Positions 29,750 to 40,856 are shown, counted from the first letter of the stretch. The stretch: 64,000 nucleotides of DNA from Candidatus Kapaibacterium sp. (GCA_963665665.1 OY762428.1:5394199-5458198); one strand, 5' to 3'. Numbers and translations are program-made. Notes: generated from the sequence alone by a model not told the origin.

Positions 29750-32323
29750 ATGAGAGTATTCCTGATACTTCCGCTATGCTTGCTTATTATATTTTATAAT
29801 ACGGCTTTTTCGCAAAAATTTAAAATATCTAATATTTACCCGGAATTATTTCCTACTATGCAATTAGATTTTTGGGCTGTGAATGAATACTGGGAAGCCT
29901 ATGAAGATATTGAAAAATCGGAATTGAACCTTGAAATAGATGGCAGGAAAATTGAAAATTTCGAAATGGACTGCAATATTGAATTTTTCTCGCCGCCAGT
30001 ATCTGTTATTCTTCTTTTCGATGTGAGCCACTCGATGAGTACAACCTGCCCCGGCGGCGAACAAAGGGTTGACTGGGCAAAATTTGCAGCAAAAACCTTC
30101 GTGGATTCACTGAATATGGAGTTTAGTTCTGCAATAAAAATTATGACTTTTACTCATGGTATCGAATATGTCGGGGATTTTCTATCAAATAAAAATAAAA
30201 TCTATGAAGAAATTGACTCTATAAATGTTATTGAAAGTACAACAAATTTTAATGCCCCATTCTTAGATCCAAGGCAGGGAGCAATAAAAAGTATGAAGCA
30301 CGGAATCCCCGACAGCAGAAGGATAATTGTTTTCCTGACTGACGGTTTCCCATGCGAAGAAATAAGAACTGACGCAATAATAAATCTGGCAAACAGCTGG
30401 CTGACTGAAATTTATGCTATCAATCTTTTCACTGATTATTCCGAAGAATTAAACAGAATAGCAACAGAAACAAAAGGCAAATATTTTCAGGCATCAGGAA
30501 AATCAGAACTTGCCGATATATATTCCGATATTGCACGAAATATTATGAGCGGTGATCTGTGCCGGTTAACCTGGCATGAACCATACATTTGCAGCAAAGA
30601 TGATCCATTCAGAAATGCAACTCTCTCTTTTTCCAGATCAGGTTTAAATGATGAGAGAAAATTTCATATTTCCGAAAGCGAATACGCTAAAATATATGCC
30701 CGGGAAAAGGAAGTATTGTTCGGTGGTGACAATGCTGTCGGAAAAAAAATCACAATACCATTTATTGCTAAAAATACAGATTTTATTATCAACAATATCG
30801 GGATTGAACCAGAGAATGAATCATTCGAGTTACCGGATATCCCCAATTTGCCCTATATGTTAAATATGAATGATACTCTGTATATTTCTGTTGCAATGAA
30901 GAATCCACCAAACGACAAAAAGCAATATAAAGTAACATTTGACACCGAACCATGCCCTTTCGAAGGTATTGATATCATATCAGGCTGCGAGGTAAAAGCT
31001 CTCGAAAAATTTGAATTTGAAGGCGCAGTAGTTGGTTATTCCAGAACTATCACAATACCTGAGGTTGTTACCAATACGTTTTCCCACAAAGTATGGGGCG
31101 CTATTGGTATTGACGGAAACAATCCGGAGAGCTTTAAATTGTGCAGTAATCAATATTTTTCTCTTGATCCCGGCGAAAAACTGAATATTGATATTGCCTT
31201 CTGTCCCGGAAAAGAGGGATTGAATACAGCAAGGGTAAGATACTTATTACGTGATGCCTGTGACGAAGGAATGACTTTGCTAAGCGGTAAGGGGCTTGGA
31301 TATTTCAAGAATGACATGATAGATTTCGAAGAGATTAGCTTTTGTGCAGCTTCCGACACAACAATATATATCCCAAATAAATCACAACATGATGATGAAA
31401 TGTTCGGTTACACAATACTCGGTGATGACAGAAATAATTTTCTTGTTGAATTTCCGGAACAAATAATCAAATCAGGCAAAACAACCCCGGTAAATATTAC
31501 TTTTCTGCCGCAGGATTCACTTCGCGAATTAAATTCAACAATTTTTATTCAGAAAAATAGTGGCAATATATATATAGATGTAAAAGGAAAAGCAACCCTG
31601 ATAAATCAGAAAAATTCAATTGTCGGAATCAGAAGTAATTCAGCTCTTTATACATCAGGGATAGTTCAAACAGTTCCCGGCCATGATTATTCACTTATTC
31701 TACAATCCGAAATTCCCGAAACAAAAGGAGAAAAATTCTCACAGCTAAAATTCATTTTTAATTATCATCCCGGTTTTTTGTTCTTTGCCGGGAATGTAAA
31801 ATCAGGAAATTCCGATTGGGCCTGGACTATAAACGACAGAGGGCAGGGAATAATGACTCTTGACGGGATTGGCCCGAGAACTGATACACCTGAAAATATT
31901 GCTCTGGAAATTCCTTTCAGAACTTATCTGTCTGATAGCAATTTTTGTTTGCTCAAGCTCAGCGCCGTGTTTCCGGAAGAATTAAAATGTTTGAATCCCT
32001 TGCCGGATAGCATAAATATCGAAAATAATATCTGCTTTGGGGATGGATACAAAGTAATTTTTTCTGATTTTATCGATTTAAATTTATTTCCCGAACCGGC
32101 AATTGAGAAATTAAATATAAATTACACGGGAAATTCCGATGAATTGATAACAATATCCATAGTTTCAGCAAACGGGCAAAAGATTAAAGATATTACATTT
32201 GAAAAATCTGAAAAAAACAACCCCATTGTGCTGGATATCAGCGAGTTTCCGAATGGAATATATTTTCTCCGTGCAAACACAGAAAGGGGAACAATAAATA
32301 AGAAATTTTCCGTATTTAAATAG
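29750..32323 (+). CDS. vWA-domain T9SS cargo protein with Ig-like and cohesin-like domains
   Basis: MIDAS DVSHS...T...FLTDG; Ig-like repeats; C-terminal FPEPA...NGQ...NGIYFL...KKFSVFK. Confidence 0.8.
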   Translation: MRVFLILPLCLLIIFYNTAFSQKFKISNIYPELFPTMQLDFWAVNEYWEAYEDIEKSELNLEIDGRKIENFEMDCNIEFFSPPVSVILLFDVSHSMSTTCPGGEQRVDWAKFAAKTFVDSLNMEFSSAIKIMTFTHGIEYVGDFLSNKNKIYEEIDSINVIESTTNFNAPFLDPRQGAIKSMKHGIPDSRRIIVFLTDGFPCEEIRTDAIINLANSWLTEIYAINLFTDYSEELNRIATETKGKYFQASGKSELADIYSDIARNIMSGDLCRLTWHEPYICSKDDPFRNATLSFSRSGLNDERKFHISESEYAKIYAREKEVLFGGDNAVGKKITIPFIAKNTDFIINNIGIEPENESFELPDIPNLPYMLNMNDTLYISVAMKNPPNDKKQYKVTFDTEPCPFEGIDIISGCEVKALEKFEFEGAVVGYSRTITIPEVVTNTFSHKVWGAIGIDGNNPESFKLCSNQYFSLDPGEKLNIDIAFCPGKEGLNTARVRYLLRDACDEGMTLLSGKGLGYFKNDMIDFEEISFCAASDTTIYIPNKSQHDDEMFGYTILGDDRNNFLVEFPEQIIKSGKTTPVNITFLPQDSLRELNSTIFIQKNSGNIYIDVKGKATLINQKNSIVGIRSNSALYTSGIVQTVPGHDYSLILQSEIPETKGEKFSQLKFIFNYHPGFLFFAGNVKSGNSDWAWTINDRGQGIMTLDGIGPRTDTPENIALEIPFRTYLSDSNFCLLKLSAVFPEELKCLNPLPDSINIENNICFGDGYKVIFSDFIDLNLFPEPAIEKLNINYTGNSDELITISIVSANGQKIKDITFEKSEKNNPIVLDISEFPNGIYFLRANTERGTINKKFSVFK

Positions 32324-32327
32324 TTGG

Positions 32328-34379
32328 TCAGTCGAAAAAGCTCCAGGAAACAGTCAGACGGAAATTTCTGCCGGCCTGGGGATAAACAGGAACGTAATAC
32401 CAGCACTGATCCAACAGGTTCCTAAACATTAGCCTTAGAAAAGCATTGCCAAGCCTCATCTCGGCAAAAGCATTGATTCCATTGTTGGATGTGTTGTATT
32501 CTACATCATTATTAAAATAAGAGCGGGTCATTGGAAAAAAGTAAAGTCCGTTTTGCGGCCCGAGAACATATATTTCGGCACCGAGGTTCATTACACTCTG
32601 GCCTGAAAATGCCTGATACCATAGTTTTCCTCCGCCGTGGAAAACAGGAAACATCCCGTTATCCCTGGAAAGAGTCTGCGAATAGTTAAAACCACCTTTT
32701 AAAGAAATCATCAGTCGTCCGTCATCGATAATTTTGATGATTCTGAAATTATCAAACAGTTGTGTACTTAGTGAAATATTGCCACCGAGAATTTCCTGCC
32801 TACCTCCGTTATAAACGTTTGTAGAAACAATATTTCCGGCATCATTAACTGTTCCGGCAAAAATCAAAGGATCTGAAATAAGCCTGTAAAAAACACCTGC
32901 TGAAACCTGAAATTCACCCGATTTGTAATCGGCTCCTGCCAAAATTAAAAAATGAGATTCCTTGTCAGGCTGTTGCTTCCAAACCGGGGAAGGAGCATTT
33001 TCCGATAATGAAATATCACCGTGAAAAGTCATATTTTCAATGAGGTCAGTTGAAATCCTGCCGCCCATAGAAACAACAGGAATATCATTCACAAAACTGT
33101 GCCTGTACCCACCGCTGATTTTAATATTATTAACAGGCATCAGTTCCCCGCGGAAAAATGCGCTGATCTTGCTGCCGGAAGATTCATTGTAATATGGTGA
33201 TCCTGGAAAATCATAATACATGATATTTCCCCCGGCAGTGAGTTTTATCATATCAAATATCCCCTGTTCCAGCCTGCCGCTCACACCAAGATAATTCGTG
33301 CGATATTTGTAGTAATTTGTTGTGTCATAGTAATCAATCAGAAAAGCATCATCCCTGGAACGATTCCATTCTGCTGTTGTAAAATATGGCTGAATACAAA
33401 ATGCTGAAGATGAGTCTTTGCTAAGAAATCTTGAGAAACTCAAAGTCAGATCATGCCGGTAAATTCTTTCATTAACACCCGACATTATTTCATTCGCGCT
33501 AATATCCTCGCAATAGTCAATCGAAGCCGGGTCAATTCCGCCAAAAAGTTCGGTTTTATAATTAGTAAAAATTTCCGTCAGGGAAATACTTGTCTGATCA
33601 TCAGGATTCCAACGCAAAATACCACGAATATTCCAGGAATCATATTCTGAATTATCATACCGGCCATCAGAGGAACTTCCCCTGAAACCAAATGTAAAAT
33701 TCCAGTTTTTCCTGAAGTTCTGACTGTAAATACCATCAGTGGAGATAAATTCATACCCGTCCTGAGCAATCCATAATCGTGTATATGGTTTCCCGGTATT
33801 ATACCTAATTTCCTGAATATTGATAAATGCTCCCGAAGAATTATCAGAAAATATTACGGCATCTGAGCCGGTAAATATCTCAATACTCTCAAAAAACTCA
33901 GGGGCTATCATGCCGGGATCAAAAGAATTAAATTGAATATCAGTTATTGGCCTGCCGTTAAAAGCAAATGAATTCGATCCTGGCAAAGCACCGTTGGCCG
34001 AAAAATGATTAAACTGTCCCCACATCCCAAGGGACAATGGGAAAAAAATGGTTTTATCATAAATTATGTCAGAAAATTCGGTATATGGAATAAATTCGAG
34101 ACCTCTTTTGCTTACCTTTTCTCCGGAAGAGCTATCGGTCATCAGGAAAGCCCCATGCCTTAGAAGAGGAAATGCCGGAGGAATTGTATCAATTTTTTTA
34201 TCTGCATTGCTTGTATCAACTTCATTTTTAATATCAAGACTGTCGCTGGAAATCTTCAGGCTATCAGGTTTGAGGGATACTTTTTGCTTGCTTTTTCCAC
34301 TTGCGGCATTCAGGTCAACTTTCTGCCCTAAAACAGGCAGAATACCAACTATCAGTAATATGATTATATATTTCAGCAA
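32328..34379 (-). CDS. TonB-dependent receptor-like / putative porin outer-membrane protein
   Basis: Plug-like FNGRP...IEIFTGS...GAFINI, beta-barrel strands, FRNLLD...GRNFRLTVSWSFFD terminus. Confidence 0.75.
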   Translation of the reverse strand: MLKYIIILLIVGILPVLGQKVDLNAASGKSKQKVSLKPDSLKISSDSLDIKNEVDTSNADKKIDTIPPAFPLLRHGAFLMTDSSSGEKVSKRGLEFIPYTEFSDIIYDKTIFFPLSLGMWGQFNHFSANGALPGSNSFAFNGRPITDIQFNSFDPGMIAPEFFESIEIFTGSDAVIFSDNSSGAFINIQEIRYNTGKPYTRLWIAQDGYEFISTDGIYSQNFRKNWNFTFGFRGSSSDGRYDNSEYDSWNIRGILRWNPDDQTSISLTEIFTNYKTELFGGIDPASIDYCEDISANEIMSGVNERIYRHDLTLSFSRFLSKDSSSAFCIQPYFTTAEWNRSRDDAFLIDYYDTTNYYKYRTNYLGVSGRLEQGIFDMIKLTAGGNIMYYDFPGSPYYNESSGSKISAFFRGELMPVNNIKISGGYRHSFVNDIPVVSMGGRISTDLIENMTFHGDISLSENAPSPVWKQQPDKESHFLILAGADYKSGEFQVSAGVFYRLISDPLIFAGTVNDAGNIVSTNVYNGGRQEILGGNISLSTQLFDNFRIIKIIDDGRLMISLKGGFNYSQTLSRDNGMFPVFHGGGKLWYQAFSGQSVMNLGAEIYVLGPQNGLYFFPMTRSYFNNDVEYNTSNNGINAFAEMRLGNAFLRLMFRNLLDQCWYYVPVYPQAGRNFRLTVSWSFFD

Positions 34380-34802
34380 TTAAATATTCAACAGAAGTAT
34401 TATAACAAATAATGGTATCAGAGGGAGCAGAACCGAGAAAATTGTAATTTTTATTACTTTCGTCCGGGACCCGGCATTGATGAAACGCTGCCAGGGAACA
34501 AACGGCCAGTAGTGTAGTGCTTTTCTCATCGTAGTTGAAGCAAAAACAAGATATATGGCAGATGAAAAGTAAAAAGAATATTCAAGTTCCTTAGGTATCA
34601 TGAAGATATTATAATAAAAAAGAAAAGAAATCAAGAATAAAACTAATTTCAAAATTGTCGGGTGAATTTTTGCTCTGATATTTTTCCAGAAATCAAATTT
34701 GAGCTTATAAATCAGGCTCATTGTTGCAATTGAATTAAAAAATGTCAGCGCAAACAGAAATGCCCAAAGAAAAATTAAACTCATCAAATCATTATCAAAC
34801 AC
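34380..34802 (-). CDS. Small four-TM membrane protein, unknown function
   Basis: 140-aa ORF with four hydrophobic segments, abutting the receptor gene. Confidence 0.6.
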   Translation of the reverse strand: MFDNDLMSLIFLWAFLFALTFFNSIATMSLIYKLKFDFWKNIRAKIHPTILKLVLFLISFLFYYNIFMIPKELEYSFYFSSAIYLVFASTTMRKALHYWPFVPWQRFINAGSRTKVIKITIFSVLLPLIPLFVIILLLNI

Positions 34803-34955
34803 TTTGCCCTCAATATCATTTCATCAATCTTTCAATATACTGAAAATGCAGTTAAAGATAAATGAAAATGTAAAATCAATAGTTATTATCAATATTATTG
34901 ACAGATATATATTTTGTTTTATTCACATAGCCGGCAAATCAAAATAGACATTACG

Positions 34956-34982
34956 AAAAAAGCCCGACAAACGCCGGGCTTT
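34956..34982 (-). terminator. Intrinsic terminator after dsbD
   Basis: AAAAAAGCCCG...CGGGCTTT. Confidence 0.75.
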
Positions 34983-35004
34983 ATAACAAATTTTTCGATT
35001 TCAA

Positions 35005-37422
35005 CTATTTGTGAAAATCATCAATACCATCCTGCAGGAATTTAACAAATTCCTGTTCATCCCTTGTAAACTCACGTGTTCCAAGTGTTTTTTCGTCAAT
35101 AGTCTGAATTACATAAAGCGGCTGTGCAATAGTATTGAACCTTTCAAGCTGCATTTTCTTATATGCATCGCTTTTAGGTGTTTTCCTGTCTGTATAAATC
35201 CTGACACGAACCATTTGCTCAAGCCTTGATTTCACGTTATTACGCGGGAACATATTTAGTTCCATCCAGCGGCAGTTTGTGCAGGTAATTCCGGTAAAAT
35301 CAATAAAGAGTGGTTTATTCTCCTTCTTAGCGGCTTCAAGGGCCGGTTCATAATCCGAATACCAGAAAAGCTCTTCATGGCCACCGTTGGATTTTGATAC
35401 TGCTCCTACTGCTGCTGCTGAAACAACAGCTTCATCTCCGTCACTCATCAGCATTTCATAATCGGGTGGTGGAAGAAAAGCATCAAGTTCACCAAGCGGT
35501 TTACCAATCAGGCCCACAGCAAGATAGAATGTAATTGTAGTAAAGAAAATTGCAAAAAGAATCCTTGGTGTTCCTATCGAATCAACAGGAGAGTCATGAC
35601 TAAGACGGAAAATACCGAGCGTATAGAGTACTATAAGTACTGTACAAGCAATCCATATAGCAAGGAAAATCTCCCTCGGGATAATTCCCCAGCGCCATAC
35701 CAGGTCAGCATTGGAAAGGAATTTAATTGAAGCTGCTATTTCCAGAAAGCCCATCACAACTTTCACGTTATTCATCCAGCCGCCTGCCTTTGGCATTTTA
35801 TTCATAGCCGACGGAAATAATGCCAGAAGGAAGAATGGAGCTGCGAAAACTCCGCTGAACCCGAGCATACCGATAATCGGGTAGAACCATTCACCTCCGG
35901 ATGCGGATGCAAGAGCAGTACCCACGAAAGGCACAGTACATGTAAATGATGTCAACGAGAAAGTAAGGCCCATTAGCAGGACACTTGTTATTCCGCCTCC
36001 GCTCTGGCTCTTTTGGTTTAATTTATTCATTAGCCCGGTAGGCACCTGAATTTCAAATGCTCCAAACAGGTTCAGTGCAAATATTATAAATATTGCAGCT
36101 ATAAACATGTTAATCCAAGGATTTGTAGCAAAATCCTGGATACCTGTTGCTCCGAAGATCAAAGCAAGAATAAAACCAAGTGCTGTAAAAGTAGTAATAA
36201 TACCAAGTGTATAAACCAGAGAATCACGAAGTCCTTTGCCACCTTCTTTTTCAGCTCGCTTAGTAAAGAATGAAACTGTTATCGGAATCATTGGGAATAC
36301 GCAAGGAGTTAAAAGTGCAATAGCGCCGTTTGCCATAGCAAACCATAGGAACGAAAATACGCCTTTTTTCTTTACTTGTTCAACTTCTGAACCAAATTGT
36401 GTTCCTGCTGCATGAATATCATCTTCATCAGCTTCAGCTATATACATTTCATTTTGCACAGGAGTGAAATATGATGTCGGAGGAAGACATTTTGATGTAT
36501 CACATTGCTGAAGGTAAACTTCAACTTTAACTTCGTCCTGAGCAAAATTCAGATCTTTTTTTGCTTTAACGGGAAGTTCAAATACAACTTTACCTTTATG
36601 ATAGTCTATATCCATCTCGAAACCCTTATCCATTTTGGTTTTAGGTTTCGGGGCTTTCAGATTCTTAGCATCAAATTCAACAGCATCGGCATCGGGTACG
36701 ATCTCTGTCATTGTCGGGCCGATACCTTCCGGGCTAAGCTGTTCTTTAGTACTGTATGTGTACCAATGCTCATCAAAGTTAAGAGTAACAAAAATGCTGA
36801 ACTCTTCATCTTTTTTCACTGATAATTTTGAAGGGTTTGCCTTCATATCAAATTTCTGTGATTCGTCCTGTCTTGCAGAATTTGATACTGCAACAGTTTC
36901 TTCACCTGTTTTGGAGTAATCACCTGTTTCGATATTAATATTAAAAGCTTCAGGCGGCAGGCATTTGGATGTATCGCACTGCTGCATATATGCTTCAACT
37001 GTCGGCGATTCCATAGTGAAATCAATAGCTTTTTTTGCAGTAACGGGAATCTTGAATTCAACAGTCCCATCGTAATACTCAATATCCATTTCGAAACCGG
37101 CATCATAATGAACTTTGGGTTTCGGAGCCTGGATTTTTGTTTTGTCAAACTCAAAATATTCATCCTTTGGTACAAGCTCTGTTGTTGTAGGGCCAATACC
37201 TTCAGGGCTTAACTGTTCATTAAGAGAGTAAACGTGCCAGTGTTTCTCAAATTCCATTTTCACAAGGATAACTAACTGCTCCCCTTTTTCAACCTTCTCT
37301 TTCGATGCATAAGCTGACAGGTCAGCGTGCAGGTTAGGATTTTTAGCTGCCCAACCCGATTGCAGGAACAGCAACAAAGCCAAGACCATCAATCCGGACA
37401 AATTTCTTAATCCTTTAAACAT
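35005..37422 (-). CDS. dsbD: Thiol:disulfide interchange protein DsbD with two N-terminal DsbD-alpha domains
   Basis: Two QQCDTSKCLPP domains, TM domain LLTPCVFPMIP and FTCTVP, thioredoxin domain FTGITCTNC. Confidence 0.92.
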   Translation of the reverse strand: MFKGLRNLSGLMVLALLLFLQSGWAAKNPNLHADLSAYASKEKVEKGEQLVILVKMEFEKHWHVYSLNEQLSPEGIGPTTTELVPKDEYFEFDKTKIQAPKPKVHYDAGFEMDIEYYDGTVEFKIPVTAKKAIDFTMESPTVEAYMQQCDTSKCLPPEAFNINIETGDYSKTGEETVAVSNSARQDESQKFDMKANPSKLSVKKDEEFSIFVTLNFDEHWYTYSTKEQLSPEGIGPTMTEIVPDADAVEFDAKNLKAPKPKTKMDKGFEMDIDYHKGKVVFELPVKAKKDLNFAQDEVKVEVYLQQCDTSKCLPPTSYFTPVQNEMYIAEADEDDIHAAGTQFGSEVEQVKKKGVFSFLWFAMANGAIALLTPCVFPMIPITVSFFTKRAEKEGGKGLRDSLVYTLGIITTFTALGFILALIFGATGIQDFATNPWINMFIAAIFIIFALNLFGAFEIQVPTGLMNKLNQKSQSGGGITSVLLMGLTFSLTSFTCTVPFVGTALASASGGEWFYPIIGMLGFSGVFAAPFFLLALFPSAMNKMPKAGGWMNNVKVVMGFLEIAASIKFLSNADLVWRWGIIPREIFLAIWIACTVLIVLYTLGIFRLSHDSPVDSIGTPRILFAIFFTTITFYLAVGLIGKPLGELDAFLPPPDYEMLMSDGDEAVVSAAAVGAVSKSNGGHEELFWYSDYEPALEAAKKENKPLFIDFTGITCTNCRWMELNMFPRNNVKSRLEQMVRVRIYTDRKTPKSDAYKKMQLERFNTIAQPLYVIQTIDEKTLGTREFTRDEQEFVKFLQDGIDDFHK

Positions 37423-37580
37423 AATATCTTCCCATTAAGATTTAACATTACATACCTGATTTTTGGTTCTAACAGCCTGGCATTCTATTTACCATATCAG
37501 GTTTTCATTTCATAATTTTTCAATTTCAATAATCACAAAGTCGAATAAATCAAGATTATATTGCCAAGGTGTAATATAGT

Positions 37581-38606
37581 TTATTCATGATCTATAAAAT
37601 AATCAATACCCTTTCTGATAGGGAATTTTTTTCCGGCATTTCTTTGAATAGTGTCCTGAAGCTTGGTTGAAAAAGTTTTTGCAGCATCGTATCCATAGGT
37701 ACGAAGCAAATAATTCAAGGCTATTACTTCAGCAATAACAGTAATATTTTTTCCGGCAAAAATCGGAAGCTGTACATAATGAACATCAGCGTTCATCACT
37801 GTAATTTTTTCTTCATCAAGGCCGGTACGGGTATAATTTTCTTTCAAATCCCATTCTTCCAGCTCAACAATTATTTCCAGCCTTTTCTGGAATCGGATAG
37901 CCCTTATACCAAACATCTGCCTGATATCAATTATTCCAAGGCCGCGAATTTCCATAAAATGCTGTACCATACTCGTACCGGTACCCATAATTATATTTTC
38001 GCGTTTTTTTGTCAGCATTACAACATCATCGGCAACAAGCCTGTGTCCGCGTTCTATCAGGTCAAGAGCTATCTCGCTTTTTCCAATACCGCTTTTACCA
38101 ATAAACAGAATGCCTATGCCATAAACATCAACAAAGGAACCATGAATAACCGCCTGCGATGAAAACTGGTCGTCAAGATATTCCGATAGGAAGAAGGAAG
38201 CCTTTGTGGTTGTAAGTGGAGTAGTAAAGATTGCAATATTATTTTTCTTTGCTATATCAATCAACTCATCATCCAGGGGATTATCATTTGTAACAACTAT
38301 ACAAGGCAGGTTATGCGAAGTAATTTGCCTGAAAGATTTCAGCCTGTCCTTCTCGGGCAGTGCATAAAGGTAATTATATTCCGTATTACCGAAAATCTGT
38401 ATCTGATCGTAATTAAAATTCCCGTAATAGCCCGTTAGAGCAAGCTGAGGCCTGTATATATTCTTATTCCGGATATGCTTGTTCAGCCCTGTATCCCCCG
38501 TAAGCGGTTTCAGCCGGGCCGGGGATTGCAACAGGGATTCAACTTCAATATCATCCGGCTTGATGATATTAAGTCTTTCAATTTGTTTTACTTTTTTTTC
38601 AGACAT
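37581..38606 (-). CDS. hprK: HPr(Ser) kinase/phosphorylase
   Basis: GKSGIGKSE Walker A, GHRLVADD, MEIRGLGII; likely start ATG 38606. Confidence 0.96.
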   Translation of the reverse strand: MSEKKVKQIERLNIIKPDDIEVESLLQSPARLKPLTGDTGLNKHIRNKNIYRPQLALTGYYGNFNYDQIQIFGNTEYNYLYALPEKDRLKSFRQITSHNLPCIVVTNDNPLDDELIDIAKKNNIAIFTTPLTTTKASFFLSEYLDDQFSSQAVIHGSFVDVYGIGILFIGKSGIGKSEIALDLIERGHRLVADDVVMLTKKRENIIMGTGTSMVQHFMEIRGLGIIDIRQMFGIRAIRFQKRLEIIVELEEWDLKENYTRTGLDEEKITVMNADVHYVQLPIFAGKNITVIAEVIALNYLLRTYGYDAAKTFSTKLQDTIQRNAGKKFPIRKGIDYFIDHE

Positions 38607-38713
38607 TATTCTTCTATCCGATAAATTACCCAACACGAATTTAAAAGTTACTAAATATAGAAGCATTATCCAACAAAAAATTATATACTTTTAGTAGTTG
38701 AGGCAAATTTTTT

Positions 38714-38751
38714 AAAAAAAAAGCAGGCTCCCTTTTCACCTGAAGCCTGCT
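38714..38751 (-). terminator. Intrinsic terminator after the peroxiredoxin gene
   Basis: A-tract plus AGCAGGCT...AGCCTGCT. Confidence 0.7.
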
Positions 38752-38771
38752 GATTTTCGGTCTGTATTATA

Positions 38772-39425
38772 CTACTTCTCGAGACTGCGGTATAGGAACC
38801 ACCAGTCGTAATTGTCATATTTGTCTTTTTTATAACGTGCGGCTTTAATATCTGTTGCCGGCGGGATGATCACCTTGTCGCCTATAAGTTCGTTATTTGG
38901 CCAGTTTGCCGGCATAGCCACTTTGTTTGCATCAGAAATCTGAAGCGCTTTAACCATTCTCAGTATTTCATCGAAGTTCCTGCCAAGTTCCTGAGGATAG
39001 TAAATGATAGCTCTGATCTTACCTTCCGGATCAATAACAAATACCGCTCTTACCGTGTTTGTGCCTTTTCCGGGATGGATAAAGCCGAGCCTGCTTGATA
39101 CTGCCCCGTTGTCGGCAATTATCGGGAATTCAATATCCACGTCAAGGTTTTCTTTTATCCATTCAACCCATTTAATATGCGAGAATACCTGGTCTATGCT
39201 CAACCCTACGAGTTCTGTATTTAGTTTGCGGAATTCTTCATACCTTTTCTGGAATGCTACGAATTCAGTAGTGCAAACCGGAGTAAAATCTGCGGGGTGG
39301 CTGAATAATACGAACCATTTACCTTTAAAATCGCCCGGGATTGACATTTTGCCCATTGTTGTCTGTACTTCCATTTCCGGAAATTGGTCGCCGATAAGCG
39401 GCATCTGAAATTTTTCTTCGTTCAT
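38772..39425 (-). CDS. Peroxiredoxin (Prx6/1-Cys subfamily)
   Basis: [28 protein letters not shown]. Confidence 0.93.
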   Translation of the reverse strand: MNEEKFQMPLIGDQFPEMEVQTTMGKMSIPGDFKGKWFVLFSHPADFTPVCTTEFVAFQKRYEEFRKLNTELVGLSIDQVFSHIKWVEWIKENLDVDIEFPIIADNGAVSSRLGFIHPGKGTNTVRAVFVIDPEGKIRAIIYYPQELGRNFDEILRMVKALQISDANKVAMPANWPNNELIGDKVIIPPATDIKAARYKKDKYDNYDWWFLYRSLEK

Positions 39426-39493
39426 TGTAAAATCCTTGTAAAATGTTTAATAAAATTTGTTGTAAGTGTTATAATTAAAATATTGAGTTTTGT

Positions 39494-39970
39494 TTACTTT
39501 GTGTTAAAAGCAGAATACATCCACACAAGTTTCTCCTGTTCCCTGATGTAATCGCTTGCCATCGAGTTTGTGCCTTCGTCTTCAATTTCTGCGGATAGAT
39601 CAAGAACTTTCCTTTGCTTGGCAATTAGTGTTTTCAATCCGCCGAGTATCTGCGGAATTATATCTTCTGATTTTGTCAGACCGACTGCTTCCTTTATCTC
39701 GGATATTTCCATATAGCTGCCATAACTGTGCATTGGAGTTTCTCCAAGAGTCAGGATTCTTTCTGCTATCTCGTCGATCTTCAGTATCAGGTCGTTGTAT
39801 AGTTCCTCGAATTTAACATGCAGCTCGAAGAATTTCTCGCCTTTAATATTCCAGTGAAAGCCCCTGACGTTCATGTAAAATAATTGATAGTTTGCAAGAA
39901 GGTCGTTCAGCATTTCAGCAAGTTCTTTTGATTTCTTCGAGTCAAGTCCTATATGATTAATCTGTTCCAT
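39494..39970 (-). CDS. dps: DNA starvation/stationary phase protection protein Dps
   Basis: FHWNIKG..FFELH..FEELY...DEIAERI...EKLVWM; likely start ATG 39970. Confidence 0.95.
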   Translation of the reverse strand: MEQINHIGLDSKKSKELAEMLNDLLANYQLFYMNVRGFHWNIKGEKFFELHVKFEELYNDLILKIDEIAERILTLGETPMHSYGSYMEISEIKEAVGLTKSEDIIPQILGGLKTLIAKQRKVLDLSAEIEDEGTNSMASDYIREQEKLVWMYSAFNTK

Positions 39971-39992
39971 TTTAAATCTCCGTTTTATTATA

Positions 39993-40403
39993 TTACTTGT
40001 TAATATTCCCGACAATATTCAGCTTAAGTTCTTTTATTTCAAGTCCGGGAATTTGTTTTTTATTAAAATAATCAGTTAACAAAGCATTGAGTTCATCATC
40101 GTGATAATCTCTAATCTCTCCTGAATCACAGTCGTATATGTGGTGGTGGTTATCGGTAAAAGGATCATATCTCATTTTCCCCTTATCAGTTTTCACCATA
40201 CATATTATCCCTTTGTCAACAAATGTTTCGAGAGTCTTATAAATCGTTCCGACTGATATGGCAGGATTTTCATCAATCACAATTTTTGCTATCTCATCAG
40301 CCGTCGGATGAGTTTTCATGTTTTGCATCGCCTTCATAACAGCCACTCTCTGTGGCGTTATTTTTAGTCCGGCATTCCTGATTTTTTCTAAGCTCTCTTT
40401 CAT
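39993..40403 (-). CDS. Fur-family regulator, probably PerR
   Basis: GLKITPQR, HPTADE, ISVGTIYKTL, RYD...HHH; heads dps and peroxiredoxin genes. Confidence 0.88.
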   Translation of the reverse strand: MKESLEKIRNAGLKITPQRVAVMKAMQNMKTHPTADEIAKIVIDENPAISVGTIYKTLETFVDKGIICMVKTDKGKMRYDPFTDNHHHIYDCDSGEIRDYHDDELNALLTDYFNKKQIPGLEIKELKLNIVGNINK

Positions 40404-40416
40404 AATCAATCCTTAT

Positions 40417-40431
40417 CAATAATCATTCTGA
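40417..40431. promoter_or_regulatory. Possible Fur/PerR box
   Basis: CAATAAT-C-ATTCTGA, imperfect 7-1-7 dyad just upstream of the Fur-family gene. Confidence 0.35.
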
Positions 40432-40800
40432 TTTAGGATACGATATTATTTGATATTTATTTTAAATTAGTTTTTTTTTATTTTCAAAAAATAAAATTTT
40501 GAAACTGACAGCACAGCAATCTTTGGATATTTTCATTCGGCTTGTGCCGGCACTGTTCGTCTTATAATTTTCTCCTCATTCCTTTTAAAGAATCTGAATC
40601 TAACAAATAATAAATTAATTTTTTTGGGATTTCATGCAGCTGTTTTAAAATATCGAGGATCCCAAATATTATTCATTAGCTATTAAATTTCAATAAAATA
40701 CACGGTTTTTTATTCAAAACTGATTAGAAGGATCAATTACAATAAGATTTTCCTGCATTAAAATGTTTTCTTGAAATATGGGTATTATGCTTATCCCATT

Positions 40801-40833
40801 AAAAAAAGCTGAAGTACAAACTTCAGCTTTTTT
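40801..40833. terminator. Intrinsic terminator after the sensor kinase
   Basis: AAAAAAAGCTGAAG-TACAAA-CTTCAGCTTTTTTT. Confidence 0.85.
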
Positions 40834-40856
40834 ATAATTGATTACTTTTTGGGGAA

